NCBI GenBank assembly: GCA_003482885.1
Contig: DMXN01000032.1
Coordinates: 97,974 to 142,186 of the forward strand
Length of the DNA stretch: 44,213 nucleotides
Direction of reading: 5' to 3'
Origin: Candidatus Moraniibacteriota bacterium
GTDB taxonomy: Bacteria > Patescibacteriota > Minisyncoccia > Moranbacterales > UBA2206
The translations under genes and the position numbers were made by a program. The first letter of the stretch is position 1, and every line of letters begins with the position of its first letter. Below, piece by piece: positions 1 to 8,622 of this stretch. The notes beneath the pieces are model-generated. The model was not told the origin of the DNA and did no database searches. It was given only the letters and a program-made list of their open reading frames with translations.

Positions 1-318
1 TTCTTTGTCGGAAAAAGTTCTTTTGTCGTTGCCTTCAAAATCAATTTGATAAACCCGCCCGCTGTTTTTGGCGTAATATTTGACGGCGTTTCCTTCGCTA
101 TTGAGTGTCGGAGAAAGCGCGGTCTCATCGGTTATGCCGGTGATCGGCGCAACGCTGATTTTTGGCGGAGTTTTAATGGGAGTTTCCGGCGTTTTGATTT
201 CCGCTGGTGGAATTATTTCCGTCGGTTTTTTAAAAGAAAGATTATAGACGCCAAAAAGCAAAAGCGAAAGAGAAAAAAGCGAAAGAGAAATTATAAAAAT
301 TTTTTTATTGATAGGCAT
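1..318 (-). CDS. partial CDS (N-terminal 106 codons, runs off the left edge): signal-anchored secreted-type protein
   Basis: Absent from the ORF track because the window edge truncates it. Minus-strand ATG at 318-316 opens an uninterrupted frame to position 1: MPINKKIFIISLSLFSLSLLLFGVYNLSFKKPTEIIPPAEIKTPETPIKTPPKISVAPITGITDETALSPTLNSEGNAVKYYAKNSGRVYQIDFEGNDKRTFSDKE. It has a hydrophobic N-terminal anchor followed by a Pro/Thr linker. It lies on the same strand, 30 nt downstream of the preceding gene. Confidence 0.55.
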   Translation of the reverse strand, partial: MPINKKIFIISLSLFSLSLLLFGVYNLSFKKPTEIIPPAEIKTPETPIKTPPKISVAPITGITDETALSPTLNSEGNAVKYYAKNSGRVYQIDFEGNDKRTFSDKE

Positions 319-348
319 AATTTTTTAGTTGCAAGTATGAACATTGAG

Positions 349-1305
349 TTATATGGCGTTTAAAGCGTAGTCGCAGCCGCAACTTATAGTTGCTCCAGAA
401 ACACTAGCATGACCATGGTTTCCTTGGTGGGGTTCATATTTTGCTCCGCATTTGCTAACAGCAGCTTCGATTTGACTGGCAGAAGCGGTGCTTCCGCCCG
501 TGGTGTTAATATCAATGGCGTAAGATTTTCCCTTGCAGTTTGTTCCTCCGTAATGGCAAGAGTTCATATCATGATGGCAACAACCAAGGGCATCGTCTTT
601 TTGACATTTGGTATTTGGGTAAAGAGTTGGACAGCTTGCTCCGCCATTATTGTCTGAGATAGAATTGATCATCATCGCCTTTGGATCATTGCCAAGTTGT
701 TGGTACATGCAAGAGATGAACGACATTAATTCTTGCGAAGCGTCTCCAGCGGTGCATTGCGCTTTTATTTTGTCTGTTTGAAAGGTGATAGTGTCGCAAG
801 AAACAGAAATCGGTGGCGTGTCTGGCGGTGTTGGTACGACAGTTGATGAGCTGGCGGTGGAGCAAGTGAATGTATCCCAGCTTTTCGCTTCCAATCCGAG
901 ATTATATTTTTCGACAGAATCTACGGGGGAAGATTTGGCGGAAAAAACATAAAAAGTTGTGTTGATAATCAGCCATGCTCCAAGCATCAAGGAAAAACCG
1001 ATTACGGTATTTACGGCAAGGCTTTTGGCCCGTTTGATCATTTCCGGATCGCCGGAAGAAACAATATACATTACTCCGGCTATGGTCATCATTGTAATTG
1101 AAAGCGCGATTAAAATATTTCTGCCCCAATCGATCAGATTTTTAAACCCAACAATAAAATGGCAAATTGTGCAGGGGTCAGTCAGGCCGTTGCCGCAAGG
1201 CACGACCCCCGCGGCATTAACTATAAAAATCGGCGCGACTAAAAATAGCAGGAAACTGAAAATTAAAACAAAAGTAGGTAGTTTATTTTTTTGGCAATAG
1301 TTCAT
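349..1305 (-). CDS. T4SS-pilin (VirB2/TrbC-like) domain protein fused to a C-terminal Cys/His-rich putative zinc cell-wall peptidase (LAS / peptidase M15-like) domain
   Basis: 318-aa ORF. N-terminal signal/TM (TFVLIFSFLLFLVAPIFIVNA) and a PCGNGLTDPCTICH motif. The two-helix membrane hairpin ILIALSITMMTIAGVMYIVSSGDPEMIKRAKSLAVNTVIGFSLMLGAWLII fits the CPR T4SS_pilin pattern. A Pro/Thr linker (VVPTPPDTPP) leads to a Cys-rich domain with SCHYGG...YAIDI and YEPHQGNHGH. These resemble the SxHxxGxAxD ... EPWH zinc site of VanY/M15 peptidases (motif-level resemblance only). Confidence 0.7.
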   Translation of the reverse strand: MNYCQKNKLPTFVLIFSFLLFLVAPIFIVNAAGVVPCGNGLTDPCTICHFIVGFKNLIDWGRNILIALSITMMTIAGVMYIVSSGDPEMIKRAKSLAVNTVIGFSLMLGAWLIINTTFYVFSAKSSPVDSVEKYNLGLEAKSWDTFTCSTASSSTVVPTPPDTPPISVSCDTITFQTDKIKAQCTAGDASQELMSFISCMYQQLGNDPKAMMINSISDNNGGASCPTLYPNTKCQKDDALGCCHHDMNSCHYGGTNCKGKSYAIDINTTGGSTASASQIEAAVSKCGAKYEPHQGNHGHASVSGATISCGCDYALNAI

Positions 1306-1323
1306 TATTTTTTTGTTATTTTT

Positions 1324-2361
1324 TTATTTTCCTCCGCATTTGGCATAAAGTCCTACTCCGTTCCATGCATAATTTATTGATTCTTCAAGACCGCCGGGAT
1401 CTACGCAACATTCAAAAGCCAAACAACCCGTTCCGCATCCGCCGCTGCCAACCGCTCCGCTTGGGCAAAGCGCGTGTTTTTCCGGACTGCAAGCTGATCC
1501 TGTGCAACCATAGCCACTGTTGTAGCCGGCAAAAATTGCGGAATTCTTATCTTTCGCGGCTCCGGCGCAAGAACTGGCTTGCTTTTGTTTAATATATTCA
1601 GCGGCTAACTTTATGGATAATTCGTCGCTATTTATTAAATCCGTACAAGACACTGTTTTTCCAGCTAAGCCGCTGGCTGTTGCTGGCAGAAGCTGCATAA
1701 GTCCGCAAGCTCCGGACGGACTGGGACCCTTATTGCTTCCGCAACTCGATTCCATTTGCGCCATCGTTCTTAGCAAACAAGGATCCACCTTAGAGCTGTT
1801 GTTATCAAAAAGAGTTTTATATTGATCGCAAGCCGAAGATAACTTTATATCTGTATCGTTGGTAGCTTTTGAATAATCGATAGGGACAGTACTATTTGAA
1901 TCGGGACAGGCTTTTTTATAGCCGGCGGTAGTTCCGCTGGGACCGTTGGGCGCTCCCGGCGTTCCGGCCGCTCCGGAAGTCGGCAAAGGATTGATTCTAA
2001 CCAAATTCGGATTGATTGTGTAAAGAGCTATGTATGAAAGCAATGCGAGAACTACGCCAATAATTGCATCGACAATGATTCCCTTAGCTTTTCCGGATTG
2101 AGAAGTGTTTCCGGCGCTGGTGATATACATAAAAGCGCCGATGGAAATCATTAGAACGGCGGAAATTCCCACCGTCCATAAACCGAATTTATAAATCGCC
2201 AAAACATAAGCTTCGTAAGTTGTCGGCTTGCCAAATCCGGGAATTTCTTCCATCGGAGTGTATTTAAATGACATTGCTTGTAATAGCAAAGGAGTAAAAA
2301 AAATCAAAAAAGCGAAAAATATTGCTGCGATTCTTTGTTTTGTTTTGATTTTAAAATTCAT
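1324..2361 (-). CDS. T4SS-pilin-like domain fused to a family-1 (SLT / VirB1-like) lytic transglycosylase domain
   Basis: 345-aa ORF. Signal/TM (IAAIFFAFLIFFTPLLLQA), an IPGFG motif, and the pilin hairpin LWTVGISAVLMISIGAFMYITSAGNTSQSGKAKGIIVDAIIGVVLALLSYIALYTI. After a Gly/Pro linker the C-terminal domain carries the three SLT motifs in order: MAQMESSCG (catalytic E-S), CGLMQLLPATA (GLMQ), FAGYNSGYG (AYNxG). It overlaps the upstream gene by 11 nt. Confidence 0.8.
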   Translation of the reverse strand: MNFKIKTKQRIAAIFFAFLIFFTPLLLQAMSFKYTPMEEIPGFGKPTTYEAYVLAIYKFGLWTVGISAVLMISIGAFMYITSAGNTSQSGKAKGIIVDAIIGVVLALLSYIALYTINPNLVRINPLPTSGAAGTPGAPNGPSGTTAGYKKACPDSNSTVPIDYSKATNDTDIKLSSACDQYKTLFDNNSSKVDPCLLRTMAQMESSCGSNKGPSPSGACGLMQLLPATASGLAGKTVSCTDLINSDELSIKLAAEYIKQKQASSCAGAAKDKNSAIFAGYNSGYGCTGSACSPEKHALCPSGAVGSGGCGTGCLAFECCVDPGGLEESINYAWNGVGLYAKCGGK

Positions 2362-5056
2362 TTGAATTAGATCTAGGTAAGATGAAAAAAATAATTTTTA
2401 CAGAGAAAATAATTACGACTCCGGAAAGAATGATGCGGAAAAGAAACGCGATATAATTGGGAATGCCGGAAGAAACAGTGGCGAATATTTTTTGCGGCGA
2501 ATTTTCTTTTTGCGCGATTTCCGCGCTCACCATTGCCACTTCAATACTGTCCGTCAATTTTTTTTCATAAAATCCATTATAGGAAACATTCCAATATTTA
2601 TTCAATACTTGTTTGACGGCGTTATTTTGCGTGAATAAATTTGAAAAAGAAATTTTATAACTTTCGCCGTAATTTTTTGGCGGAAGAATCAGTTTTCCAT
2701 AATCATTTAAGTCAATACTGTATCCGTAATCAGTAACATTGGCGGTAGTAATAATATTTCCATCGACATTCCATTTGTACGGGCAATCTTCCGGTTTGGC
2801 GAAAGTTTCGGGCGTGTCAATGCCGGAAAAAACAGGATAAAGTTCAAGATTATAACCGGTCAAAGCTTGAAACTTTGTGTTACTGCGATCTTCAAAAGAT
2901 TTGCCGTAAATATCAATATAATCTCCCAAAAGCAACCCCCGGCAAGTGTATTGGCTGGAATCGGCAGGATTGGTTTTTTCATTGGGAATGATTTTTACCG
3001 CTGGCGCGGAAACTTTGAAAACTCTAGTTAAATCCAATCTTTCGCCAGTGCCTGTATTGAGCGCGGACAAATTCACGGAATATTGATCTTCGGAAATTTT
3101 CAAGACGGGAAAATAACTTATATTTGTTTGTTTGTCGTTGGAAATACATCCCTGAAAATTTATATCCGGGCAAGTCAGATTTTCTCCGTCAAGCGTCCAT
3201 AGAAAATCAGTGTAAGCGCTATCGGCATTATCAATTTTTACCGCGATTATTTCATTTTGAGCGATTTCGCAAAGAGCGGCGGGCGTTGTTTCATCATCAA
3301 GCAAACACCTTTCTTGCGAATTATCAGGAAGACTTACAGTAGGATTTTTACCGTCAGTATCCAGCGAAACTTTAGCCGTATAAACTTTTATTCTTTTTTC
3401 CGAAGAAAAAATCGGCACGACAACATCCGTATGTCCTTCTCTTTCTCCACCTTCTGTCAAAGTGTCATTGACGGTTAATTTTATTTTCAAATATTTTTTC
3501 GACTCTTCGAAATTTAATTTGAACTTAAACGAGTTGATGCCCAATCCGGAAGTTTGTGTCGCGTCGTCCAAGGCGGATTTCGAAAGCGCGGATCCCCAGC
3601 TGTCAGGATTTGGTTCATCGTTGGCAAAAACTTCCCAAGTATAATTCAAATAAGCGGAATTGCTGGCATTAATGACGGAAGATTTAAAAGAAAGCTCATC
3701 GCCGTTTTTATTTTCGCCGGCATCGTTAATTGGATTTTCCGGCGAGTAAGAAAGCGAAACATCCAATTTTTCCGTCGCGCCGCCACCCTCGGCGGGAGTG
3801 ACAAGATTTTTATAAAGGCAATCATTGAGATTATCCACAGTCATATCTGTTGTTAAAATACTTTGGTCTGTCGCATCAGTTCCTGAGCAATCATAAGTAG
3901 TGTCATCAATGATAATAGTGGATGTTTCTGGCGGACAAGTGGAAGTTGTTTCGTCTGAAATTACGACACCGGCAAATGTAACTACAATTCTTGTTAGGGT
4001 TCTTATGGTGGCTGAATCATTAATTTGAGTGCCATCAACAATGTCTTCTGTGGTAATAGTGGTTGTTGTGTAGCCAATACTCGGAGTATTTTGTTGAACG
4101 GTTGTGGTTGTTTTCGGATAAGCATTTTGATCAGTTGACACATCGCAAGTATTCTTGGTGAGCGCCCACATCGTTTTGTATGAAGCGTCTTCGTATTGAG
4201 TCGGTTCAGTGGAAATACCTTCAATGGCTACGCCGATTTTATCGCCGGCAGTGTAAGTGAATGTAAAAACATTTTCGCCCAGTCCTGCGACATTGGCTTC
4301 ATCTGTGTTGCCTGTATTGGAGGTATCTTTGGCATAAGGATTGGTGCGCCAAAATTCTTCCTCTGTTAAACCGAATTTATTATCACCGGTTTCATCACCG
4401 GGAGCATTGGGAAAAAGATGGGCGCAGGTTTCCAGCTCATATTCATCTCCCGTTTCAACATTGTGAATATAGCAATGTTCCAGTTTTCCTTTTTGATCGT
4501 CTCCGCCAAAATAGGCTGTGTAGCCATCATTATCAGTATCAGCGGTATACGAGCTTTGATCCCAAGGGTAGTCATAATTAGCTAAAATACGCATGGCTTT
4601 TATTTTGTAATCTTCAATGTCAACTTCTCCCGTGTCGTTCAGATCGCACTTTTCAAAATCTCCCGAAGCGAATTTGTTTTTATAACCAACTCCGTCTGTT
4701 TCCCTGTCATAGCAGCGTTTATTTTTCAGATACCATGTGAAATAAAGATCCTCGGTGTTATTTAGAAAATTAGTCGGTGTAGCGATAACAGTCACTTTTT
4801 CTCCCGGCACAGGGTCAGTCGGGTCAAATGAAAGAGAAACCATCGGGGGATTTTTTTTTTGTCGGGCAACATTCATTGTTTGAATGCTGTATTTCAATTC
4901 ATTTTTATTAACGCCAAGATCATCAAGAATGGCATTCATTGCTTCCACGGGGTTGGCCAATGATTGCCAGTCCGCGCGAGTTGGCGTTATATCCAAAGAA
5001 AAAACGCCTAGACTGATAAACAGCGCGAATAATATTTTTTTTATTTTCTTTTTCAT
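2351..5056 (-). CDS. 901-aa cell-surface protein (signal peptide + C-terminal membrane anchor), no recognisable catalytic domain
   Basis: Longest ORF in the cluster. N-terminal signal peptide KKILFALFISLGVFSLDITPTRA and C-terminal TM IAFLFRIILSGVVIIFSVKIIFFIL. The sequence is rich in T/D/N with acidic DxDxDG-like patches (DTDNDGYTAYFGGDD, DLNDTGEVDIED). ATGA start/stop overlap with the upstream gene at 5053-5056. Confidence 0.75.
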   Translation of the reverse strand: MKKKIKKILFALFISLGVFSLDITPTRADWQSLANPVEAMNAILDDLGVNKNELKYSIQTMNVARQKKNPPMVSLSFDPTDPVPGEKVTVIATPTNFLNNTEDLYFTWYLKNKRCYDRETDGVGYKNKFASGDFEKCDLNDTGEVDIEDYKIKAMRILANYDYPWDQSSYTADTDNDGYTAYFGGDDQKGKLEHCYIHNVETGDEYELETCAHLFPNAPGDETGDNKFGLTEEEFWRTNPYAKDTSNTGNTDEANVAGLGENVFTFTYTAGDKIGVAIEGISTEPTQYEDASYKTMWALTKNTCDVSTDQNAYPKTTTTVQQNTPSIGYTTTTITTEDIVDGTQINDSATIRTLTRIVVTFAGVVISDETTSTCPPETSTIIIDDTTYDCSGTDATDQSILTTDMTVDNLNDCLYKNLVTPAEGGGATEKLDVSLSYSPENPINDAGENKNGDELSFKSSVINASNSAYLNYTWEVFANDEPNPDSWGSALSKSALDDATQTSGLGINSFKFKLNFEESKKYLKIKLTVNDTLTEGGEREGHTDVVVPIFSSEKRIKVYTAKVSLDTDGKNPTVSLPDNSQERCLLDDETTPAALCEIAQNEIIAVKIDNADSAYTDFLWTLDGENLTCPDINFQGCISNDKQTNISYFPVLKISEDQYSVNLSALNTGTGERLDLTRVFKVSAPAVKIIPNEKTNPADSSQYTCRGLLLGDYIDIYGKSFEDRSNTKFQALTGYNLELYPVFSGIDTPETFAKPEDCPYKWNVDGNIITTANVTDYGYSIDLNDYGKLILPPKNYGESYKISFSNLFTQNNAVKQVLNKYWNVSYNGFYEKKLTDSIEVAMVSAEIAQKENSPQKIFATVSSGIPNYIAFLFRIILSGVVIIFSVKIIFFILPRSNSNEF

Positions 5057-5715
5057 TTGGTCAAATAAATTATATAACCATCTAAAATTATTATAGCAAA
5101 AATACCGGCAAAATACGAATAGAAAAATGATTTGGTTTTATAGGACAGCACGCCTCCTGTAATGGAAAGCAAAACAAAGGGCATAGTTTGCCAAGAAAAA
5201 TTTTGGGTGAAAAATAAAACGGCGAAAAATATTCCGGCTTGCAGGGCGATTGACCAATACCGGAATTTTTCCCTGAAAACAGCCAGCAAAAAACCTTGAA
5301 AAAAGAAGCTAAAAATAAAAACAATAAAATTGACAATAATCAATTCGCGAACTAAAAACAGCCAAAAATTGTTTTTTATATAATCATCCAAGACATAGCC
5401 GGTTTTGAATTGAGTATAATTAAGCATTAAGTAAAAAATCGTTAGCGTAAAAATAGTTATAATTATTCCCCACAATAAAGCGATATTTTGGTTTTTTAAA
5501 TTCCAGCCGAAATCCGCGAGATTTTTTTTGAGAATAATTTTGATATATGCCATAGGGAGCAAAATCAGAAAAAATAAATTTTTGGTAATATCTTGCGCCG
5601 AATTTTGCGCGGGAAAAGCAACGCTTAAAAAAAGGCAAAGCAAAGCGACGGCGAGACTGATAAGTAGTTCTCGGTTGGAGGAGAAAAATAAATTTTTAGA
5701 TTTTTGTGAGTACAT
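5053..5715 (-). CDS. polytopic membrane protein (about 6 TM), function unknown
   Basis: 220-aa ORF that is almost entirely hydrophobic helices and translationally coupled to the 901-aa gene. The spacing of helices is faintly reminiscent of CPBP/Abi proteases, but the EExxxR and His motifs are not present, so no family call is made. Confidence 0.6.
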   Translation of the reverse strand: MYSQKSKNLFFSSNRELLISLAVALLCLFLSVAFPAQNSAQDITKNLFFLILLPMAYIKIILKKNLADFGWNLKNQNIALLWGIIITIFTLTIFYLMLNYTQFKTGYVLDDYIKNNFWLFLVRELIIVNFIVFIFSFFFQGFLLAVFREKFRYWSIALQAGIFFAVLFFTQNFSWQTMPFVLLSITGGVLSYKTKSFFYSYFAGIFAIIILDGYIIYLTK

Positions 5716-5820
5716 TTTTTAATTTTGTCAGCCCATCTTTTTCTGTCATCCCCGCGGAGGCTGGGATCCAGGCACCCTAGGCTAACTATTTTAACAAATC
5801 GAAATTCAAATTTTTTTGCA

Positions 5821-5951
5821 GGTTCAGGCGTCTCGCCTGAACCATTTATTTCTAGAAAAACTATCTATTTTTCAATCGCTAATTTTAAAATTATCTTTTC
5901 TAAATAATTAGTCTCGCCAGAAACGTTCGGTTCAAGCGAGACGCTTGAACC
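5821..5951. repeat. pair of 23-nt hairpin repeats in opposite orientation with a compensatory base-pair change
   Basis: ggttcaGgcg-tct-cgcCtgaacc (5821-5843) and ggttcaAgcg-aga-cgcTtgaacc (5929-5951). The loop is inverted and a G-C pair is replaced by A-T. They flank 85 nt of AT-rich sequence in the 263-nt spacer 5716-5978, which also contains catccccgcggaggctgggat (5747-5767). Confidence 0.8.
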
Positions 5952-5978
5952 TGCTGCTAGACCACGCCCCTACAATTT

Positions 5979-6491
5979 TTACGCGTATCCCCCCGTCATT
6001 CCCGCCATTTCTCTTTCTTGTTGCCGTTCTTCGGCGGCTTCTTTTCTTTCTTGCAGGATGAAAATATAAATAACAAAAGCGGTAATTGTTTCCACTGGTA
6101 TAAAATTCAAACCAAATAACATTTCAAAAATCGTTCCTCCGGCAAGCGTTCCCCATTTTTTGGCAATTTTTTCTGTTATTTTTTTTCCTTTGGATTTAGA
6201 ACTGGATCTGGATCCGCAAATAAACATAGCGGCAATAATTGTGATAGATGCCATAAAAGTTAACGCGGTTCCGATAACGGGAATTGATCCGACAGCTAAA
6301 AAATCTAAAACATCTTTTAAAACAGCAGTCATTATGGCGACAATGAAAAAGATGTCTATAATTTCAATAAAACCAATTAAGGAAAAGGCTTGTGAGGCTG
6401 CAGCCCTTTTGTTATTATCGCTGGAGAGTTTGTTTCTTGGCTGATTAGATGATCTTTCTTGATTTAGATTGTTTTTGTATTCTTGAGACAT
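5979..6491 (-). CDS. small membrane protein (3-4 TM) with polar N-terminus and E/R-rich C-terminus
   Basis: 170-aa ORF directly downstream of the VirB4 ATPase gene on the same strand. TM helices include IIDIFFIVAIMTAVL, IPVIGTALTFMASITIIAAMFI and ITAFVIYIFIL. Charged tail ERKEAAEERQQEREMA. Confidence 0.55.
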   Translation of the reverse strand: MSQEYKNNLNQERSSNQPRNKLSSDNNKRAAASQAFSLIGFIEIIDIFFIVAIMTAVLKDVLDFLAVGSIPVIGTALTFMASITIIAAMFICGSRSSSKSKGKKITEKIAKKWGTLAGGTIFEMLFGLNFIPVETITAFVIYIFILQERKEAAEERQQEREMAGMTGGYA

Positions 6492-6600
6492 ATCTAAAAA
6501 TTTTCAATTTCTAATTTCTAAACAATTTCCAATGTTTCAATGATAAAATTTTCCAAACTATTTTTTCATTAAAAATTGAGTAATTGAAACATTGTTTAAA

Positions 6601-6625
6601 AACCTGCCTGCCGGTAGGCAAGGTT
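6601..6625. repeat. hairpin repeat aacctgcct-gccggt-aggcaaggtt
   Basis: Lies in the spacer downstream of the VirB4 gene and is flanked by atttctaa-type AT-rich motifs (6505-6530) that recur at 20472-20510. Confidence 0.6.
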
Positions 6626-6649
6626 GAAAATTAGAAATTTAAAATTTGT

Positions 6650-8482
6650 CTATTCCCCTTCCCCAAACTCTCTTTTTGCCTCCTCGATTTCCAATAATTG
6701 CGACGGATCGGTCGTGATGATTTGGTCTTCGGAATAGGATGCGACGACTTTAATAGCGACATGCTTGGTGCCGGCGAAAAAGATTCCTTCTCCGACATTG
6801 CTTTCCAAAAGCAGAAATTTTTCTTGATCAGTCAAATAAAAAGTGTCGGAAATCACATCGATGCCGGCGGGAGACTGTTTGAGCAGAAGCTGTATTGATG
6901 AATTGGTAACAATGGCTTTGCCGTAGCGGGAAGACAAAAAGTCGTTGACATCCTGCGTAATGGTCGTAAGGCCGGTAAAATATTTTCGGCAGCGTTTGGC
7001 GATGCCGAATAAAAACGAGGCGGCGTCTTCATATTTCATCATCACCCACGCTTCATCCACCAACACTATCCTTTTTTTGAGATTGGTGCGCATTTCGTTC
7101 CAAATAAATTGCAAAATAATATACATCGCCACCGGCCGCAATTCTTCTTCCATATCGCGGATATTAAAAACCACTAATTGATTATCCGCTTTAATATTAG
7201 TGGAATGATTTAAGAATCCGGAAAAAATTCCTTCGGTGTATTTTTCCAAACGCACCGCCAAAACTTCTCCGCCGTCCAAGCTGCGCAAAACTTGGTACAA
7301 ATCGGACATTGTCGGAAAAGATTCTTTCGCGAGAGTATTAAAGTCCGTTTCAGCGGTTATATCTCTGATAGAATATGTTTCGCGAATGGCGCGATCTAAA
7401 ACCGAATCTTCTTCCGGCGTAATTGAGCCGAGCATAATATGCAAAAGTCCCAAAAGGTTGGCGATATTATTGCGCAAAATATCTTCCGGATCATCGTCTT
7501 CACCGACTTTCGGCAAATCAAAAGGATTAAGATGATTTTGTGAGTTTAATGAAATTTTGATAAAAGTTCCTTCGACAGTGTCGCAAAGATGGTGGTACTC
7601 ATTTTCCGGATCGATAATAATCACATCGGTGCCGAGCATCATCGAGCGCAAGACTTCCAATTTGACAGTGTAACTTTTTCCGGCGCCGGATTTGGCGAAA
7701 ACCACCATATTGGCGTTTTCCATTTCAAAACGGTCGAAAATAATCAAGCTATTGTTGTGGCGATTAATGCCGTAAAGAATTCCGGTATTAGAAGAAAGCG
7801 TGGAAGAAACAAAAGGAAAAGTGGTGGAGAGCGGAGAGCTGTTCATATTGGTGGCGATATCCAGTTCGTCATTCGCCAGTGGCAAACAAGAATTAAAACC
7901 TTGCTCGGATTTAAAAACGGCCGGCTTGACATAAACCAATTGCGCTTCCAAAATCGCTTCAATGCTTTTGATAATTTCCGTGACGGATTTTTCGCTATCG
8001 CCATAAGCGGTAATATATAATGCGAAGCGGAAAAATTTTTCCGTGCCTTGTTGCAGTTTGTCTCTCAATTCATCAATATCTTGCTGGGCGGTTTCCAGCG
8101 TTGGATTTCTGATCAGTCCTTTTTTTTGTTCAATTTGAACTTGCGACTCGACTTGCGTGGCGCTTTTTTTCAAAGTTTTCAAAATATCGTAAGTATCGAT
8201 AGGATGGACAAACATCGAAATATCAATTGGCAGATCGATATTGATAATCGGCGAAAACCAGTTGCTATGCAGAAAGCGCGGATAAGCGATAACGAAAATT
8301 GTTTGAGCGATAGTTTCTCCGACACGGATTGATTTGGGCATAATCTGAATTGCGGCCGGCGCGATAATATCGTTAAGTTTTGCCAAACCTTCTTGATAAA
8401 TTTTTTCCGACTCTAAAATCTCGTCAGTTGGAGCGAGATTTTGTTTTGCGGTGGGGTTGGTTTTTTTGAATGGGTTGAACAT
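6650..8482 (-). CDS. virB4: VirB4/TraC-family T4SS ATPase, ATPase-containing part
   Basis: Walker A VVFAKSGAGKSYTVK and Walker B IVLVDEAWVMM (the DEAW form typical of VirB4). The upstream segment DIIAPAAIQIMPKSIRVGETIAQTIFVIAYPRFLHSNWFSPIINIDLPIDISMFVHP is typical of the middle region of Gram-positive VirB4 homologues. Start placed at the internal MFNPFKK (ATG 8482); the 13 upstream codons of the track ORF (to 8521) run through a repeat array. Confidence 0.9.
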   Translation of the reverse strand: MFNPFKKTNPTAKQNLAPTDEILESEKIYQEGLAKLNDIIAPAAIQIMPKSIRVGETIAQTIFVIAYPRFLHSNWFSPIINIDLPIDISMFVHPIDTYDILKTLKKSATQVESQVQIEQKKGLIRNPTLETAQQDIDELRDKLQQGTEKFFRFALYITAYGDSEKSVTEIIKSIEAILEAQLVYVKPAVFKSEQGFNSCLPLANDELDIATNMNSSPLSTTFPFVSSTLSSNTGILYGINRHNNSLIIFDRFEMENANMVVFAKSGAGKSYTVKLEVLRSMMLGTDVIIIDPENEYHHLCDTVEGTFIKISLNSQNHLNPFDLPKVGEDDDPEDILRNNIANLLGLLHIMLGSITPEEDSVLDRAIRETYSIRDITAETDFNTLAKESFPTMSDLYQVLRSLDGGEVLAVRLEKYTEGIFSGFLNHSTNIKADNQLVVFNIRDMEEELRPVAMYIILQFIWNEMRTNLKKRIVLVDEAWVMMKYEDAASFLFGIAKRCRKYFTGLTTITQDVNDFLSSRYGKAIVTNSSIQLLLKQSPAGIDVISDTFYLTDQEKFLLLESNVGEGIFFAGTKHVAIKVVASYSEDQIITTDPSQLLEIEEAKREFGEGE

Positions 8483-8490
8483 AAGGGTTC

Positions 8491-8622
8491 TACGAAAGTA
8501 CAAAATTATACAAAAATACAAATGTACAAAAAAATAAAATATTTATAGCAACAAACTTGAGTTTATTTTTTTTTGTATTTTCGTACTTTTGTCCGCCGCG
8601 GCGGATTCGTAATTTCGTAGGG
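8491..8622. repeat. composite repeat array (tacgaa/tacaaa modules + gtccgccgcggcggat hairpin) forming the spacer between the two VirB4 ORFs
   Basis: ctacgaaagtacaaaattatacaaaaatacaaatgtacaaaaaa ... ttttgtattttcgtacttttGTCCGCCGCGGCGGATtcgtaatttcgtag. The two halves are an imperfect inverted repeat. The same module types occur at 13855-13898, 15018-15039, 20968-20999 and 37751-37790. Confidence 0.75.

Noticed and set aside
46-363. 105-aa plus-strand ORF at the left edge
   Set aside because: It is antisense to a much more convincing minus-strand partial gene (1-318, signal anchor plus Pro/Thr linker, co-directional with the cluster). Its K/R-rich low-complexity tail arises from reading the A-rich strand of that gene's N-terminal region.
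5725-5907. 60-aa ORF in the spacer downstream of the 220-aa membrane-protein gene (5053..5715)
   Set aside because: It reads straight through the hairpin repeats (SSPRRLGSR from catccccgcggaggctgggat; GSGVSPEP from ggttcaggcgtctcgcctgaacc). It is a translation artefact of repeats.
7589-8020. 143-aa antisense ORF inside virB4, and similar long shadow ORFs at 19926-20423, 33765-34304, 35451-35879, 37326-37808 and 41216-41698
   Set aside because: Each lies opposite a gene with unmistakable conserved motifs (VirB4, ComM, XerC/D, the membrane protein/FtsH, S1) and shows no motifs or start signals of its own. These are typical antisense shadow ORFs.
8483-8521. N-terminal extension of the VirB4 ATPase ORF (MYFCIILYFRRTL)
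   Set aside because: These codons lie in the tacaaa/tacgaa repeat array. The internal MFNPFKK start is preferred. The same logic trims lspA (20978-21052, overlaps the upstream gene), cmk (40824-40922, reads through a palindrome and overlaps rpsA), rpsA (42253-42366) and the mini-ORF (39648-39797).
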